In this document: piece after piece, positions 9,027-17,693 of the stretch | How positions within the stretch are numbered: position 1 is the first letter of the stretch | Layout: the number at the start of each line of letters is the position of its first letter | Virus record (IMG/VR): IMGVR_UViG_3300031784_000002 | DNA length: 64,000 bases | Reading direction: 5' to 3' (one strand) | Origin: a virus | Lineage: Duplodnaviria > Caudoviricetes | Notes under the pieces: model-generated | Seen by the model: the letters and a program-made list of their open reading frames with translations, nothing else | Told to the model about the DNA's origin: nothing | The model's database searches: none | Program-made: the position numbers and the translations under genes

Positions 9027-9055
9027 TTGCCCTGCGCCGGGTGATGGGGTATTCT
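9027..9055 (+). promoter_or_regulatory. sigma70-like promoter embedded in an inverted repeat
   Basis: TTGCCC-17-TATTCT; ccccattgccc/gggtgatgggg stem. Confidence 0.6.
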
Positions 9056-9077
9056 AGCTGTATTGAAACGCAATTTG

Positions 9078-10301
9078 ATGATTCTTCGTCCCCACCAACA
9101 ACGCGCAGTTGAGTTAATGCAACTGCATAAACTTGGTCAAATGGTGATGCCTACTGGTGCCGGTAAAACACCTACAATGAGTTTTGATTGTATGCGTCAG
9201 TTTGAGTCTGAAACTCCTCAAACGATTGTTATTGTTGCACCTCGCATTTTGCTTGCAGAACAACTCTGTTCCGAGTTTCTGGAGTTTATCACCAATGCAA
9301 GTGTGATGCACGTTCACAGTGGTGAAACTCATCACTTTTCGACTACCAAACCTCAAGAGATTGTTGACTGGTGGGTGAACACTCGTGGCCATAAACTGAT
9401 CTTCACGACCTACAATTCTCTGGAGCGACTACAACAATCTCGCATCAAGGTTGATACCATTTATTTTGACGAAGCTCACAACTCCGTCAAACGTAACTTC
9501 TTCCCTGCAACTGAATACTTCAGTCAAGAAGCCGACCGTTGTTACTTCTTCACTGCGACTCCCAAACATTCTCTCGCAGTCGGTAAGCCTGGGATGAATG
9601 ATGTAGATGTTTATGGTCAGGTCATTTGTAATGTTCCTGCACCTGAACTTGTGCAAGGTGGTTACATTCTCCCTCCGAAAGTGATTGCAAAACAACTTCC
9701 AATGGTGAAGTCTGGTAAGATTCCTGCGGATCGTGATTGTGAGAATCTGATTGAGACTCTGGATGAATGTGGTAAGGGCAAAGTGTTGATCTGTGCGAAA
9801 GCTACTAAACAGATCTCTGCACTGATGTCTGAGACTGATTTCATCCAACAGTTGCAAGATCGTGGATTCTCTTACCTCTACATCACCGCAAAGACTGGTG
9901 CAATTATTGATGGTAAGAAGGTGAATCGTGAGGTGTTCTTTGAGACCCTAAGTGCATGGGGTAAGGATGACTCTAAGAAGTTCGTTGTGTTGCATCACTC
10001 CATCCTCTCTGAGGGTATCAACGTCTCTGGACTTGAGGGTGTCATCTTTATGCGTTCGATGGACTACATTGGTATCTCCCAAACCATCGGCCGTGTGATT
10101 CGGATGCACCACAATGATGCAGCTCGCATCCGTAGTGGTGAACTGGTTCCTGGTGATGTCAACAACTACACCAAATCTTTCGGTCTAGTTGTTGTTCCCG
10201 TCTTCAACAAAGTTGGGATCTCTACTCACCAGAAGATCCAAGCTGTGGTCGATACTATCTTCCAACAAGGTCAACCTGCAATCTCGGTGGTACGCAAGTG
10301 A
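9078..10301 (+). CDS. superfamily 2 (DEAD/DEAH, ResIII-like) helicase
   Basis: LRPHQ Q-motif, PTGAGKT Walker A, FDEAH, TATP, SEGINV, QTIGRVIR. Confidence 0.9.
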   Translation: MILRPHQQRAVELMQLHKLGQMVMPTGAGKTPTMSFDCMRQFESETPQTIVIVAPRILLAEQLCSEFLEFITNASVMHVHSGETHHFSTTKPQEIVDWWVNTRGHKLIFTTYNSLERLQQSRIKVDTIYFDEAHNSVKRNFFPATEYFSQEADRCYFFTATPKHSLAVGKPGMNDVDVYGQVICNVPAPELVQGGYILPPKVIAKQLPMVKSGKIPADRDCENLIETLDECGKGKVLICAKATKQISALMSETDFIQQLQDRGFSYLYITAKTGAIIDGKKVNREVFFETLSAWGKDDSKKFVVLHHSILSEGINVSGLEGVIFMRSMDYIGISQTIGRVIRMHHNDAARIRSGELVPGDVNNYTKSFGLVVVPVFNKVGISTHQKIQAVVDTIFQQGQPAISVVRK

Positions 10302-10852
10302 TGGAAAAGTGGGAAGTCTACGCTGAAGGCACCTTCAACAACATGAGGGCCAATGCACACAACTGGGCCCGATCTTTTGATGACAAACGAAAGATCTCCC
10401 GTGATTTTTACTACGGGGTTTTTGATGCAGGTAATCCAAATCCTACGAACCTGATTAGTGAGAAAGCTCTGGAGAATCAACTCTCCAAACAGTACAGGCT
10501 AAATACTCTGGATCACTACCATTCCCCGCAATTTGTGGGTCGGATGATTATGTCGAACCAGGAAAAGTATCTAGGGGATTACGAGGAGTTCAAGAAGATC
10601 TTTTTGGTCTGCACACAACAAATTGTTGTGACCAAGAAAGAGAATGAATCTCTGTCATTCTTGACTGCACCTGATAAGGAAGATTACAAGGTTCTTGTAC
10701 CTACCAACCTCAAGTACAACCATCTTGGTATCAATTTGTATCAGAGGCAAGAGGGTAAAGTTAGGTGGAAAAACTCTGATCCGATTGACTCTAACATCTT
10801 GGAAGTTCCTGAAGATCTGTTAGAATACGAGAAAAGATATTTGATCGGCTAA
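10301..10852 (+). CDS. hypothetical protein, possible His-Me/HNH-like nuclease
   Basis: LDHYHSP...VVTKKENESL pattern; translationally coupled to the helicase. Confidence 0.45.
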   Translation: MEKWEVYAEGTFNNMRANAHNWARSFDDKRKISRDFYYGVFDAGNPNPTNLISEKALENQLSKQYRLNTLDHYHSPQFVGRMIMSNQEKYLGDYEEFKKIFLVCTQQIVVTKKENESLSFLTAPDKEDYKVLVPTNLKYNHLGINLYQRQEGKVRWKNSDPIDSNILEVPEDLLEYEKRYLIG

Positions 10853-10880
10853 CTACATACTGTATCTGGATAAATCTTAA

Positions 10881-11924
10881 ATGAAAACAAAATCACTAGA
10901 AAATTATAACTCAAGTGTTGGACTTGAAGTTTATGACATTGATTGGAATTGTGAAGAAGAACTATTGGAACTCGGTAGGCTATGTGCATCTGAGTGTGTT
11001 GTTTTCCTGAATGAAAATATCTCCACTGAGAATCTATTTGATGTGATGAGTAAGTGGGGAGATCCAAGTCGAGCTTTCACCCATGAGTATATCTGTGACA
11101 AGAAACTCACAGGTCGTCACTGGAGAGAGATCCTTGCTAACCTAGGTTACATTAGTAATGCAGCTGGTAACTATTTGAGTCAAGCAGTTGCCTATGTCAG
11201 TTACAAACAGGAAGACAAAGGCCGTCCAGCTGGAATGTTCCAGAATGGGGAACTAAATTGGCACAGCGATCAGTGTGCATTTGAGGATGCACAGAGAGTT
11301 ATTGGTCTTAAGAGTGTCAGTGATTCTGAGAACAGTCAAACGCAGTTCCTATGTACTCATGACGCTTATGAATCTCTGAGTTCAGAGATGAAAAGTATGA
11401 TCAAAGAACTTGTGGTAAAACATAAGTGGATTGACAATGAAATGGCTCCTGTTCTCAACGATGTTCAGTCATCTTTGCTCCGTTACAACATGGTTCCCCT
11501 TGACGGAATGGAGACCTCCCTTTACACTGAGACTGCATCTGGCCTATCTGGAATGAAGATTCCAAGTTGTTCTTTTGATGGATTTGTTGGACTCTCCAGA
11601 GAAGAAAGTAATAAGATCCTGAATGAAATTAAAAAGGTAGTCTTTCAGGACAAATATGTGTACACACAAAACTGGAAAGATGGCCAAGTAGTTTTCATGG
11701 ATCAGGAGATTACTCTACACAAGAGACCAACAAACATCCAAGCCGGAAATAAACGAACAATGGCTAGATCAATCTTTTATGTCAACAAACTGTTCGACAC
11801 AGAAAAAGCTCAAAGGGTTACAACAGTCAAACACAACGGTTCTGTCTACAGTATAGAAGATTTTGTGAAACTTGTTGATGAAGACCGAAAGAAAAACTAC
11901 GAGAAAAAGTATCAACCTGCATGA
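10881..11924 (+). CDS. TauD/TfdA-family Fe(II)/2-oxoglutarate dioxygenase
   Basis: WHSD (HxD) and WKDGQVVFMDQEITLHKR distal His/Arg. Confidence 0.85.
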   Translation: MKTKSLENYNSSVGLEVYDIDWNCEEELLELGRLCASECVVFLNENISTENLFDVMSKWGDPSRAFTHEYICDKKLTGRHWREILANLGYISNAAGNYLSQAVAYVSYKQEDKGRPAGMFQNGELNWHSDQCAFEDAQRVIGLKSVSDSENSQTQFLCTHDAYESLSSEMKSMIKELVVKHKWIDNEMAPVLNDVQSSLLRYNMVPLDGMETSLYTETASGLSGMKIPSCSFDGFVGLSREESNKILNEIKKVVFQDKYVYTQNWKDGQVVFMDQEITLHKRPTNIQAGNKRTMARSIFYVNKLFDTEKAQRVTTVKHNGSVYSIEDFVKLVDEDRKKNYEKKYQPA

Positions 11925-12310
11925 TGTTTCCCAACACAAGTATCCTGGATCCAGACAATGGCCCAACAGGATTTGCTACTGATGACTTCCAATTTGCTGC
12001 TATCCCGTTCGGCAAAAAGTATATGATCATTGCAAATGGTCAACAACTTGAAGTAGTCAAGACCCGACAACTTGCTGAGATTCGGCTTGAACAATTAAAA
12101 AACTCGCATCGGAAACTCAAGAAGGGTACTAAGACTCCTGTGCAACCAAAATCGCAAAAAAAGGCGAAAACGCCTAGTGGCCAACAGGGATCTCAGGGGA
12201 CAAAACCCAAGGCCACCAAGGGTTCCCCCACAAAACCAAAATCCAAGAGTGTGACAGTCAAGAAACCGTACACTCTTCATCCAAATCCGCTCCTTGACGC
12301 ATTAAGTTAG
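11921..12310 (+). CDS. hypothetical protein with Lys/Pro-rich tail
   Basis: ORF; its 3' end reads through cassette 4. Confidence 0.65.
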   Translation: MMFPNTSILDPDNGPTGFATDDFQFAAIPFGKKYMIIANGQQLEVVKTRQLAEIRLEQLKNSHRKLKKGTKTPVQPKSQKKAKTPSGQQGSQGTKPKATKGSPTKPKSKSVTVKKPYTLHPNPLLDALS

Positions 12311-12319
12311 CCATGTTGG
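12250..12319 (+). promoter_or_regulatory. dyad promoter cassette 4 (inside a CDS 3' end)
   Basis: tgtgacag-N8-ccgtacac, 29 bp, TAAGTT(12303)AGCCATGTTGG. Confidence 0.75.
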
Positions 12320-12327
12320 TAAAGACT

Positions 12328-12540
12328 ATGACTACGAAAACAAAACGGGTTTCCGTTGTACCACTGTCCAGTAAAGCTAAGAACCGATTCCATAATGTTA
12401 TGGATCAGTTCCACATGTGTACTGTAGAACAGGAAAAGACGATTGATGGTGTACCTCACTTGTTCCTAGTTTCTATGAACAAAATGTACTGTTTCTGGGT
12501 TCCTGTCAAGGGTAACGAACACTGGAAAATTGAACGGTGA
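12328..12540 (+). CDS. conserved cyanophage hypothetical protein
   Basis: MTTKTKRVSVVPLSSKAKNRF; ATG downstream of cassette 4. Confidence 0.7.
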   Translation: MTTKTKRVSVVPLSSKAKNRFHNVMDQFHMCTVEQEKTIDGVPHLFLVSMNKMYCFWVPVKGNEHWKIER

Positions 12541-12821
12541 CGGTAGAACTATTCCATAAAGCCCCAGAGGGTTATCATTATGAACAACAAAAGGATTTCA
12601 AGAGGAACACTACTGCTATTTGGTTGCATCACCATCAGCGGTACGACTATAATCTTGGGAAACCAGTTAAAACCATCTGGGGATTCTACAACACCAAAAC
12701 CAGGCAATTCCACGCCCCAGTTAATAGCCAGACAGTGGGTAATGTAGTTGACATTGAAGAGACAACACCTTATACTGCAATGCCTATCAAACAAACTCCC
12801 CTTGAGGCTGCATTTGGATGA
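12537..12821 (+). CDS. conserved cyanophage hypothetical protein
   Basis: HKAPEGYHYE...IWGFYNTK...PYTAM pattern. Confidence 0.75.
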   Translation: MTVELFHKAPEGYHYEQQKDFKRNTTAIWLHHHQRYDYNLGKPVKTIWGFYNTKTRQFHAPVNSQTVGNVVDIEETTPYTAMPIKQTPLEAAFG

Positions 12822-12994
12822 TTAAAAATCAAAGAGAACTTATCAAGTATTTGGAAAACTACCACGAGTCAAGGTGTTCTGACCTTGCAGAAGCTGGCAG
12901 GAAAAAAGATGCACAATCCATCTACTATGAGATCGTAGTAGATGAACAAGACCCCAAAGATTACCTATTTGTTTCACTCCACCGCGCACGATGA
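12818..12994 (+). CDS. small hypothetical protein
   Basis: 58-aa ORF read manually, ATGA overlaps at both ends. Confidence 0.65.
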   Translation: MIKNQRELIKYLENYHESRCSDLAEAGRKKDAQSIYYEIVVDEQDPKDYLFVSLHRAR

Positions 12995-13374
12995 AGTATA
13001 AAGTAGACTGGACTTCTCCCCGTCAGGGCATCCAATCAACCACTGTTGATGCTCTTGGTCCTATGCAGGCTGAAGAACAAGTCAACTCCATGTATGCACA
13101 TGTTGAGGGATTTAGGTCATTCTGTGTTAGTCCTGTTTTCGATAAAAAAGAATACTCAGAACCACAACAATCTTATAGTTCTAGTTCTGAAAGTTCTGGA
13201 GGATCTGATGACTTTAGCACTATAGTTGGTGGAGGAGCTGTTGCTGCGGGATTCTTCATTGCACTTTTTGGATTGTTCACACTTCCCACTGGTATTGTTG
13301 CTATGGTGATCGGTGGAGCTGTGGGTTGGATTGGTTGGAAAGTGGCCTGCTGGTTGAGTGATCGAGGCTGGTGA
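12991..13374 (+). CDS. membrane protein (two Gly-rich TM helices)
   Basis: hydrophobic C-terminal hairpin. Confidence 0.7.
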   Translation: MKYKVDWTSPRQGIQSTTVDALGPMQAEEQVNSMYAHVEGFRSFCVSPVFDKKEYSEPQQSYSSSSESSGGSDDFSTIVGGGAVAAGFFIALFGLFTLPTGIVAMVIGGAVGWIGWKVACWLSDRGW

Positions 13375-13754
13375 TGGATTATTTGACTCCAACTCATCAA
13401 GAGATTCTCGATGTGTTGAATCAATCTGGTGTTACGGTAATTGTCAACAATCACAAGGTCTGTGAGAGTAGAAAATACGATGGCATGGTGTTGACAAGAA
13501 AAGATCCCAACAATCGGTCGGGTAGGACACAATTAGTCTTGTGTGAGGATGTTGTCCAACAAAACTATCCTGATTGGCAAGGTGAAATGAGTCGTACCAT
13601 AGCTCATGAGTCAGTTCATGTAGCACAAGTCTGCAAAGTTCCCAATGGGTATTTCTATCCATTAGGATTCAAAAATGATGTTGAGAAAGAGGCTTTTGCA
13701 ATTCAGGATCAACCGAGAGAGGTTCTTCGTATTCTGAAAAAGTATTGTCTCTGA
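13374..13754 (+). CDS. putative Zn-metallopeptidase-like protein
   Basis: IAHESVHVAQ (HExxH) plus downstream EKEA. Confidence 0.6.
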   Translation: MDYLTPTHQEILDVLNQSGVTVIVNNHKVCESRKYDGMVLTRKDPNNRSGRTQLVLCEDVVQQNYPDWQGEMSRTIAHESVHVAQVCKVPNGYFYPLGFKNDVEKEAFAIQDQPREVLRILKKYCL

Positions 13755-13755
13755 C

Positions 13756-13784
13756 TTGACAAATTCAAACAAAACATCTACACT
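13756..13784 (+). promoter_or_regulatory. host-like sigma70 promoter
   Basis: TTGACA-17-TACACT. Confidence 0.75.
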
Positions 13785-13807
13785 AAAAGAGTAATTTACA
13801 AACAACA

Positions 13808-14041
13808 ATGAAGTATCTTTATCTGGTTGATTATTGGGTTCCTTTTCCTTCTTCTGAGTATGGTGGCGTTGTAAGTGTCATCGCAGAAAATGACAATGAG
13901 TGTCACGATGTTCTCCTAGATTGGCGGGATGAGTATGAGAATACTCACGATTCTCGAATCATGGAACGTGTGGTAAATGCACACAAGTTTGCTCTTGTTG
14001 ATGAGGAAACATCTCGTGTCGTTGATAGTTTTACAACCTGA
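13808..14041 (+). CDS. conserved cyanophage hypothetical protein
   Basis: YLVDYWVPFPSSEYGG motif. Confidence 0.75.
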   Translation: MKYLYLVDYWVPFPSSEYGGVVSVIAENDNECHDVLLDWRDEYENTHDSRIMERVVNAHKFALVDEETSRVVDSFTT

Positions 14042-14233
14042 TGAACTTCAGCGGTCACGAGTGTAGTCTGCTTCATAAAGCTCTGAGGTACTACCAAATT
14101 AACAAAACAATTACAGATAGTAAAGAATACTGGGAATGTGACTTTATCTTGAGAAAGTTGCAACCACATGTTGAGATCAATGGAATAGAACCGATGTTCA
14201 GAACCGATACATAAATTAGAGTTTAATGATACA

Positions 14234-14413
14234 ATGATTGATCCTAACTTTAATGATCCAGAGAAACTTCATAGACTTCATGCACAAAAATTAGAAGCAA
14301 TGAAAACTCTGATGAATGAAATTGTAGCTAATCCTGAAAGTGTAAAAGTAAGTGATATGCAAAAAGTAATAAACTTTTTAGATCAATCTTCAGACAGTGT
14401 GACAGATCAATAA
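14234..14413 (+). CDS. small hypothetical protein
   Basis: 59-aa ORF read manually. Confidence 0.55.
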   Translation: MIDPNFNDPEKLHRLHAQKLEAMKTLMNEIVANPESVKVSDMQKVINFLDQSSDSVTDQ

Positions 14414-14456
14414 CTGTCACAGGGGCTCTTCACAGGGCCCTTTTTTCGTGTATTAT
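14398..14456 (+). promoter_or_regulatory. dyad promoter cassette 5 (perfect palindrome)
   Basis: TGTGACAG-atcaataa-CTGTCACA, 29 bp, TATTAT at 14451. Confidence 0.85.
14421..14446 (+). terminator. intrinsic terminator inside the cassette-5 spacer
   Basis: aggggctc-ttcaca-gggccc followed by T6. Confidence 0.65.
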
Positions 14457-14462
14457 GGCTAT

Positions 14463-15377
14463 ATGAAGAACACACATCTCGAACATCCCGAAGATTCTGC
14501 ACTTCTCGGTAAGAAAGCCGTGCAGGATACTATCAATTACCTGCGTAACTGCAAAGGTGATTGTAGTGTGAAATATGATGGTGCTCCTGCTATTGTTTTT
14601 GGGACTAATCCCGAGAATGGTAAGAAGTTTGTAGGTACAAAAAGTGTATTCAATAAGGTCAAAGTTAAGATCAATTATACACACTCCGACATCGAAAAGA
14701 ATCACGGCACGAATCCTAAAGTTGCAGCGATTCTTCATACCTGCCTTTCTCACTTCCCGCAGTTTGATGGGATTTATCAGTGCGATTGGATTGGTTATGG
14801 TGGTGAAACAACTTTTACGCCTAATACTATTACCTACAATTTTGATTCCGTTCCAGGTATTCTGGACGTTGATCTTATTGTCGCTGCTCATACACATTAC
14901 ACTGGAGATTCCATCAAGGAACTGGAGGCACATTTTGGTGTCCCTAACTATCTTTCTGGTCGTTTTCTTGGTATTCATTTTGTAGATGGAAATGCACAAT
15001 TTACCTCCCGTCGTCGTAGGATTGATTACATTCTTGGTCTTGCAAGTGTGGTTAGCAATTTTGTTAGATACCCTGATGAAAAAGAAGTAGCGAACCTTAA
15101 AATTGCAATCAATAAGTGTATCCGAGAGAATCGACCTGTTGATTGTATTGATGGCAATCTCCTCCTGTTGTTCAACCTGTTGACCAAAGCTAAAGAATTG
15201 ATCATGGAAGGAATCTCCGTGACTGGTGATCAGGTTGATGCACGGATTGATATGGGCATTGATTACATTCCTTCTGGCCATGAGGGTTATGTTCACTCCA
15301 ACGATTACGGGACTTTCAAGTTAGTTAATCGTCGTATGTTCTCTTACTACAACTTCACCAAACCTAAAGGTTGGTGA
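14463..15377 (+). CDS. ligase-like nucleotidyltransferase (DUF6267-like)
   Basis: MKNTHLEH start; VKYDG (motif I KxDG), EGYV (IV), FKLVNR (V). Confidence 0.65.
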   Translation: MKNTHLEHPEDSALLGKKAVQDTINYLRNCKGDCSVKYDGAPAIVFGTNPENGKKFVGTKSVFNKVKVKINYTHSDIEKNHGTNPKVAAILHTCLSHFPQFDGIYQCDWIGYGGETTFTPNTITYNFDSVPGILDVDLIVAAHTHYTGDSIKELEAHFGVPNYLSGRFLGIHFVDGNAQFTSRRRRIDYILGLASVVSNFVRYPDEKEVANLKIAINKCIRENRPVDCIDGNLLLLFNLLTKAKELIMEGISVTGDQVDARIDMGIDYIPSGHEGYVHSNDYGTFKLVNRRMFSYYNFTKPKGW

Positions 15378-15449
15378 GGACAGTTACGGAACCGTCCACT
15401 AGAGGCGCCAGGCGACTCCCTGGCGATGTATCTTAGCCATGTTGAGAGG
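15376..15449 (+). promoter_or_regulatory. dyad promoter cassette 6
   Basis: gaggacag-N8-ccgtccac, 29 bp, TATCTT(15429)AGCCATGTTGAGAGG. Confidence 0.85.
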
Positions 15450-15456
15450 TTCACCC

Positions 15457-15630
15457 ATGAATCGCATTGAGATCCAACGGGCACTGTATGATGCCCGCAA
15501 CAACTACCTCAAAGCGAAAGCTTCGGTAGAGTTCTATCGTAAGGAGATCATGTTCCTCAAGGAATGTGAAGCAAACCTCGACAAACCTGAAAACTGGTTG
15601 TATCAGGAAATGTTCGGAGTTGAAGCATGA
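15457..15630 (+). CDS. hypothetical protein
   Basis: GAGAGG SD 7 nt before ATG. Confidence 0.7.
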   Translation: MNRIEIQRALYDARNNYLKAKASVEFYRKEIMFLKECEANLDKPENWLYQEMFGVEA

Positions 15631-15782
15631 AAGTTGATCTTACTGACTATCAAATCAATCTGATTCTCTATTGCCTTGAACAACAGGCTTCTGAGTTCAC
15701 TTGGGATGAAAACCTTGACTATAAAGGCATTCTAAGGGCTGTTGAGTCTGCTGCTAACTTTGAATACGATTTTGGTTACTAA
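15627..15782 (+). CDS. small hypothetical protein
   Basis: 51-aa ORF read manually. Confidence 0.6.
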   Translation: MKVDLTDYQINLILYCLEQQASEFTWDENLDYKGILRAVESAANFEYDFGY

Positions 15783-16031
15783 ATGACCCGCACTCTTGCT
15801 GAACTCCGTCAAGCTATCAATCAACTGATTGTCCGACAGGGTGAACATGCACCTGTAGCTGCATGGATCTACACTAAAGATGATGTTCTCGATTATCCCG
15901 ATGATGAAGTAACTGTAACCGAAGAAGTTGCAAACAAAGTGATTGAAAATCTAGATCAGTATGATCACATTTACACCGAAATCTTTGATTGTATTGATGA
16001 AGAACTCCGTCAAGTTGAGGTACTAAAATGA
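15783..16031 (+). CDS. hypothetical protein
   Basis: ORF abutting upstream stop. Confidence 0.7.
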   Translation: MTRTLAELRQAINQLIVRQGEHAPVAAWIYTKDDVLDYPDDEVTVTEEVANKVIENLDQYDHIYTEIFDCIDEELRQVEVLK

Positions 16032-16177
16032 CTGAGTTTATGCCTTGGAATGAAATGAAAAAGCAGATGACGATTGAAGCCGTTGAATACTACATCTATC
16101 GGATGAAGAAAGACAACGCCAATCAAGCTGCGATTGATGTCTACACTAAGTTTCTGGAGGAACTTGAAGCGGAATGA
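16028..16177 (+). CDS. small hypothetical protein
   Basis: 49-aa ORF, ATGA overlaps. Confidence 0.6.
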   Translation: MTEFMPWNEMKKQMTIEAVEYYIYRMKKDNANQAAIDVYTKFLEELEAE

Positions 16178-16347
16178 ACTACCTTTGTCTCGTTGATGGT
16201 GTTGTTGAGTACGGCAGCACAAGTCTCTCCGACTTTGCACACTATCAATTAGTGTATGCTGAAGAGCATAGAAATGCTGATGTTCAGTATCTTACTCTAA
16301 CTGACGAAGAATACGACGAAATGTTCCCTTACGAGGAGGATGAATGA
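16174..16347 (+). CDS. small acidic hypothetical protein
   Basis: 57-aa ORF, ATGA overlaps. Confidence 0.65.
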   Translation: MNYLCLVDGVVEYGSTSLSDFAHYQLVYAEEHRNADVQYLTLTDEEYDEMFPYEEDE

Positions 16348-16529
16348 CTTACACTATTACCAAACACATCAAAATTGAGCACGAAGAAGATGGTTGGAGT
16401 TTTGATTTTACTGCTGATGAGTGTGGAACTGTGAGTGTGGAAGATGGTAATGGACCAGGATTTCAAACCATTCATATTCCTAAAGATTGTATTCAACACT
16501 TCATTGATGTCCTGGGACAATACAAATGA
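16344..16529 (+). CDS. hypothetical protein
   Basis: ATGA overlap. Confidence 0.65.
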   Translation: MTYTITKHIKIEHEEDGWSFDFTADECGTVSVEDGNGPGFQTIHIPKDCIQHFIDVLGQYK

Positions 16530-16789
16530 CTTACTCTAACCTCTCCAAGATTCGTCCCAAACTGAGAACAACTGGGCGTGTGTCAGGAAACTTCGGACGC
16601 AACAAAGTTGTTAGTGGATCTCCCCTAAATGATGTAGGTATGAGTAACGCAGAAGTCGTAAAGTGTATGAAACAGGATGAATACCTTGCACGGCTTTGGT
16701 ACGCATTTGATAACACTGATGATGACAAACTAAAACAATTCGTTTATACTGAAATTAAAAAGATTCACATTCAACGAGGTACATGGTGA
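16526..16789 (+). CDS. conserved cyanophage hypothetical protein
   Basis: SNLSKIRPKLRTTGRVSGNFGRNKV motif. Confidence 0.75.
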   Translation: MTYSNLSKIRPKLRTTGRVSGNFGRNKVVSGSPLNDVGMSNAEVVKCMKQDEYLARLWYAFDNTDDDKLKQFVYTEIKKIHIQRGTW

Positions 16790-17001
16790 TGAGCTACAAC
16801 CGATTCGGTGACAAATCTCTTGCATGGCTTCTTGGAGCCGCTACAGGTATTATTGCAGTTTCATTTCTGTTTCTTTGTTTTGAAGCTTGGTTACTTGGAT
16901 TGATCCTATCCTGGTTCGCAGTTCAACTTACATTCTGGCAATGTTTCGCTATTATCTTCCTCATTCAGGCCCTTCTAGGTGCCGCAAAGAGCAACAAATG
17001 A
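16789..17001 (+). CDS. small membrane protein
   Basis: two hydrophobic helices. Confidence 0.65.
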   Translation: MSYNRFGDKSLAWLLGAATGIIAVSFLFLCFEAWLLGLILSWFAVQLTFWQCFAIIFLIQALLGAAKSNK

Positions 17002-17006
17002 TCTAG

Positions 17007-17078
17007 TGTGACAGTTGGCGGGCTGGACACCAAACCCGCCAAACCCAGCCAGATCCTGTATCTTGGCCATGTTGAGAG
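17007..17078 (+). promoter_or_regulatory. dyad promoter cassette 7
   Basis: tgtgacag-ttggcggg-ctggacac, 28 bp, TATCTT(17059)GGCCATGTTGAGAG. Confidence 0.85.
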
Positions 17079-17087
17079 ATGAATCAA

Positions 17088-17252
17088 ATGCGAATCGACA
17101 TCCGTTGCCCTGCAGCTCCTTGGGAGAATCACACCACTGATCATGACAAAGCTTATGACATTGCATTTAATTTGAGTGAAGAGTATCAGTGCGATGTTGA
17201 CCTCTTTTACAACTCCACTGGTGGACTTTACTCTGTTGTTTCTGCATACTGA
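17088..17252 (+). CDS. small hypothetical protein (MRIDIRCPAAPWEN...)
   Basis: 54-aa ORF read manually after cassette 7. Confidence 0.7.
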   Translation: MRIDIRCPAAPWENHTTDHDKAYDIAFNLSEEYQCDVDLFYNSTGGLYSVVSAY

Positions 17253-17449
17253 TGGACACCAAATACGCACAAGATCGCATCAATTATGTGATCACATCAC
17301 TTGAAGATGCACTTCTAAAGTGTATCTCAGTGGATTTCACTGATGATGCAAAGATGGACCAATCACCCGCTTATGTGATTGGTTACACAAGTTCAATGAT
17401 TAAAAATGCACTGGCAGATCTTAAGGGTGTTGCCAACGATCTAAACTAA
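17252..17449 (+). CDS. hypothetical protein
   Basis: TGATG overlap. Confidence 0.65.
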   Translation: MDTKYAQDRINYVITSLEDALLKCISVDFTDDAKMDQSPAYVIGYTSSMIKNALADLKGVANDLN

Positions 17450-17693
17450 TGTCTTAAGTTATCGGAGAAAAATTATGTTCACTGCACTGACTGTTGCTGC
17501 TGCATGGTTTTCATTTGGCTATTGCGTTACTGACATTGTATTGAATCGACGTAGTGCTAAACGACTGGATGAGATGTTGAAAGATATTGTAGAAGCTGAA
17601 ACGGACAGATGATTTATTTTGTCATCTATTTGGCCGCAGTTGCCATAGCAGTTGCGATCAATTATGCTCTTTGTTCCGTAAATCCGAGAGACA

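Noticed and set aside
8122-9027. 301-aa minus-strand ORF (also 14430-15296, 9429-9857, 5080-5547 and other antisense ORFs)
   Set aside because: Antisense shadows of well-supported + strand genes, with no motifs, RBS or promoters.
14398-14421. Dyad as a CRP or NtcA site, or as DnaA boxes
   Set aside because: TGTGA-N14-TCACA spacing does not fit CRP (N6) or NtcA (GTA-N8-TAC), and the half-sites share only TCCAC with DnaA boxes.
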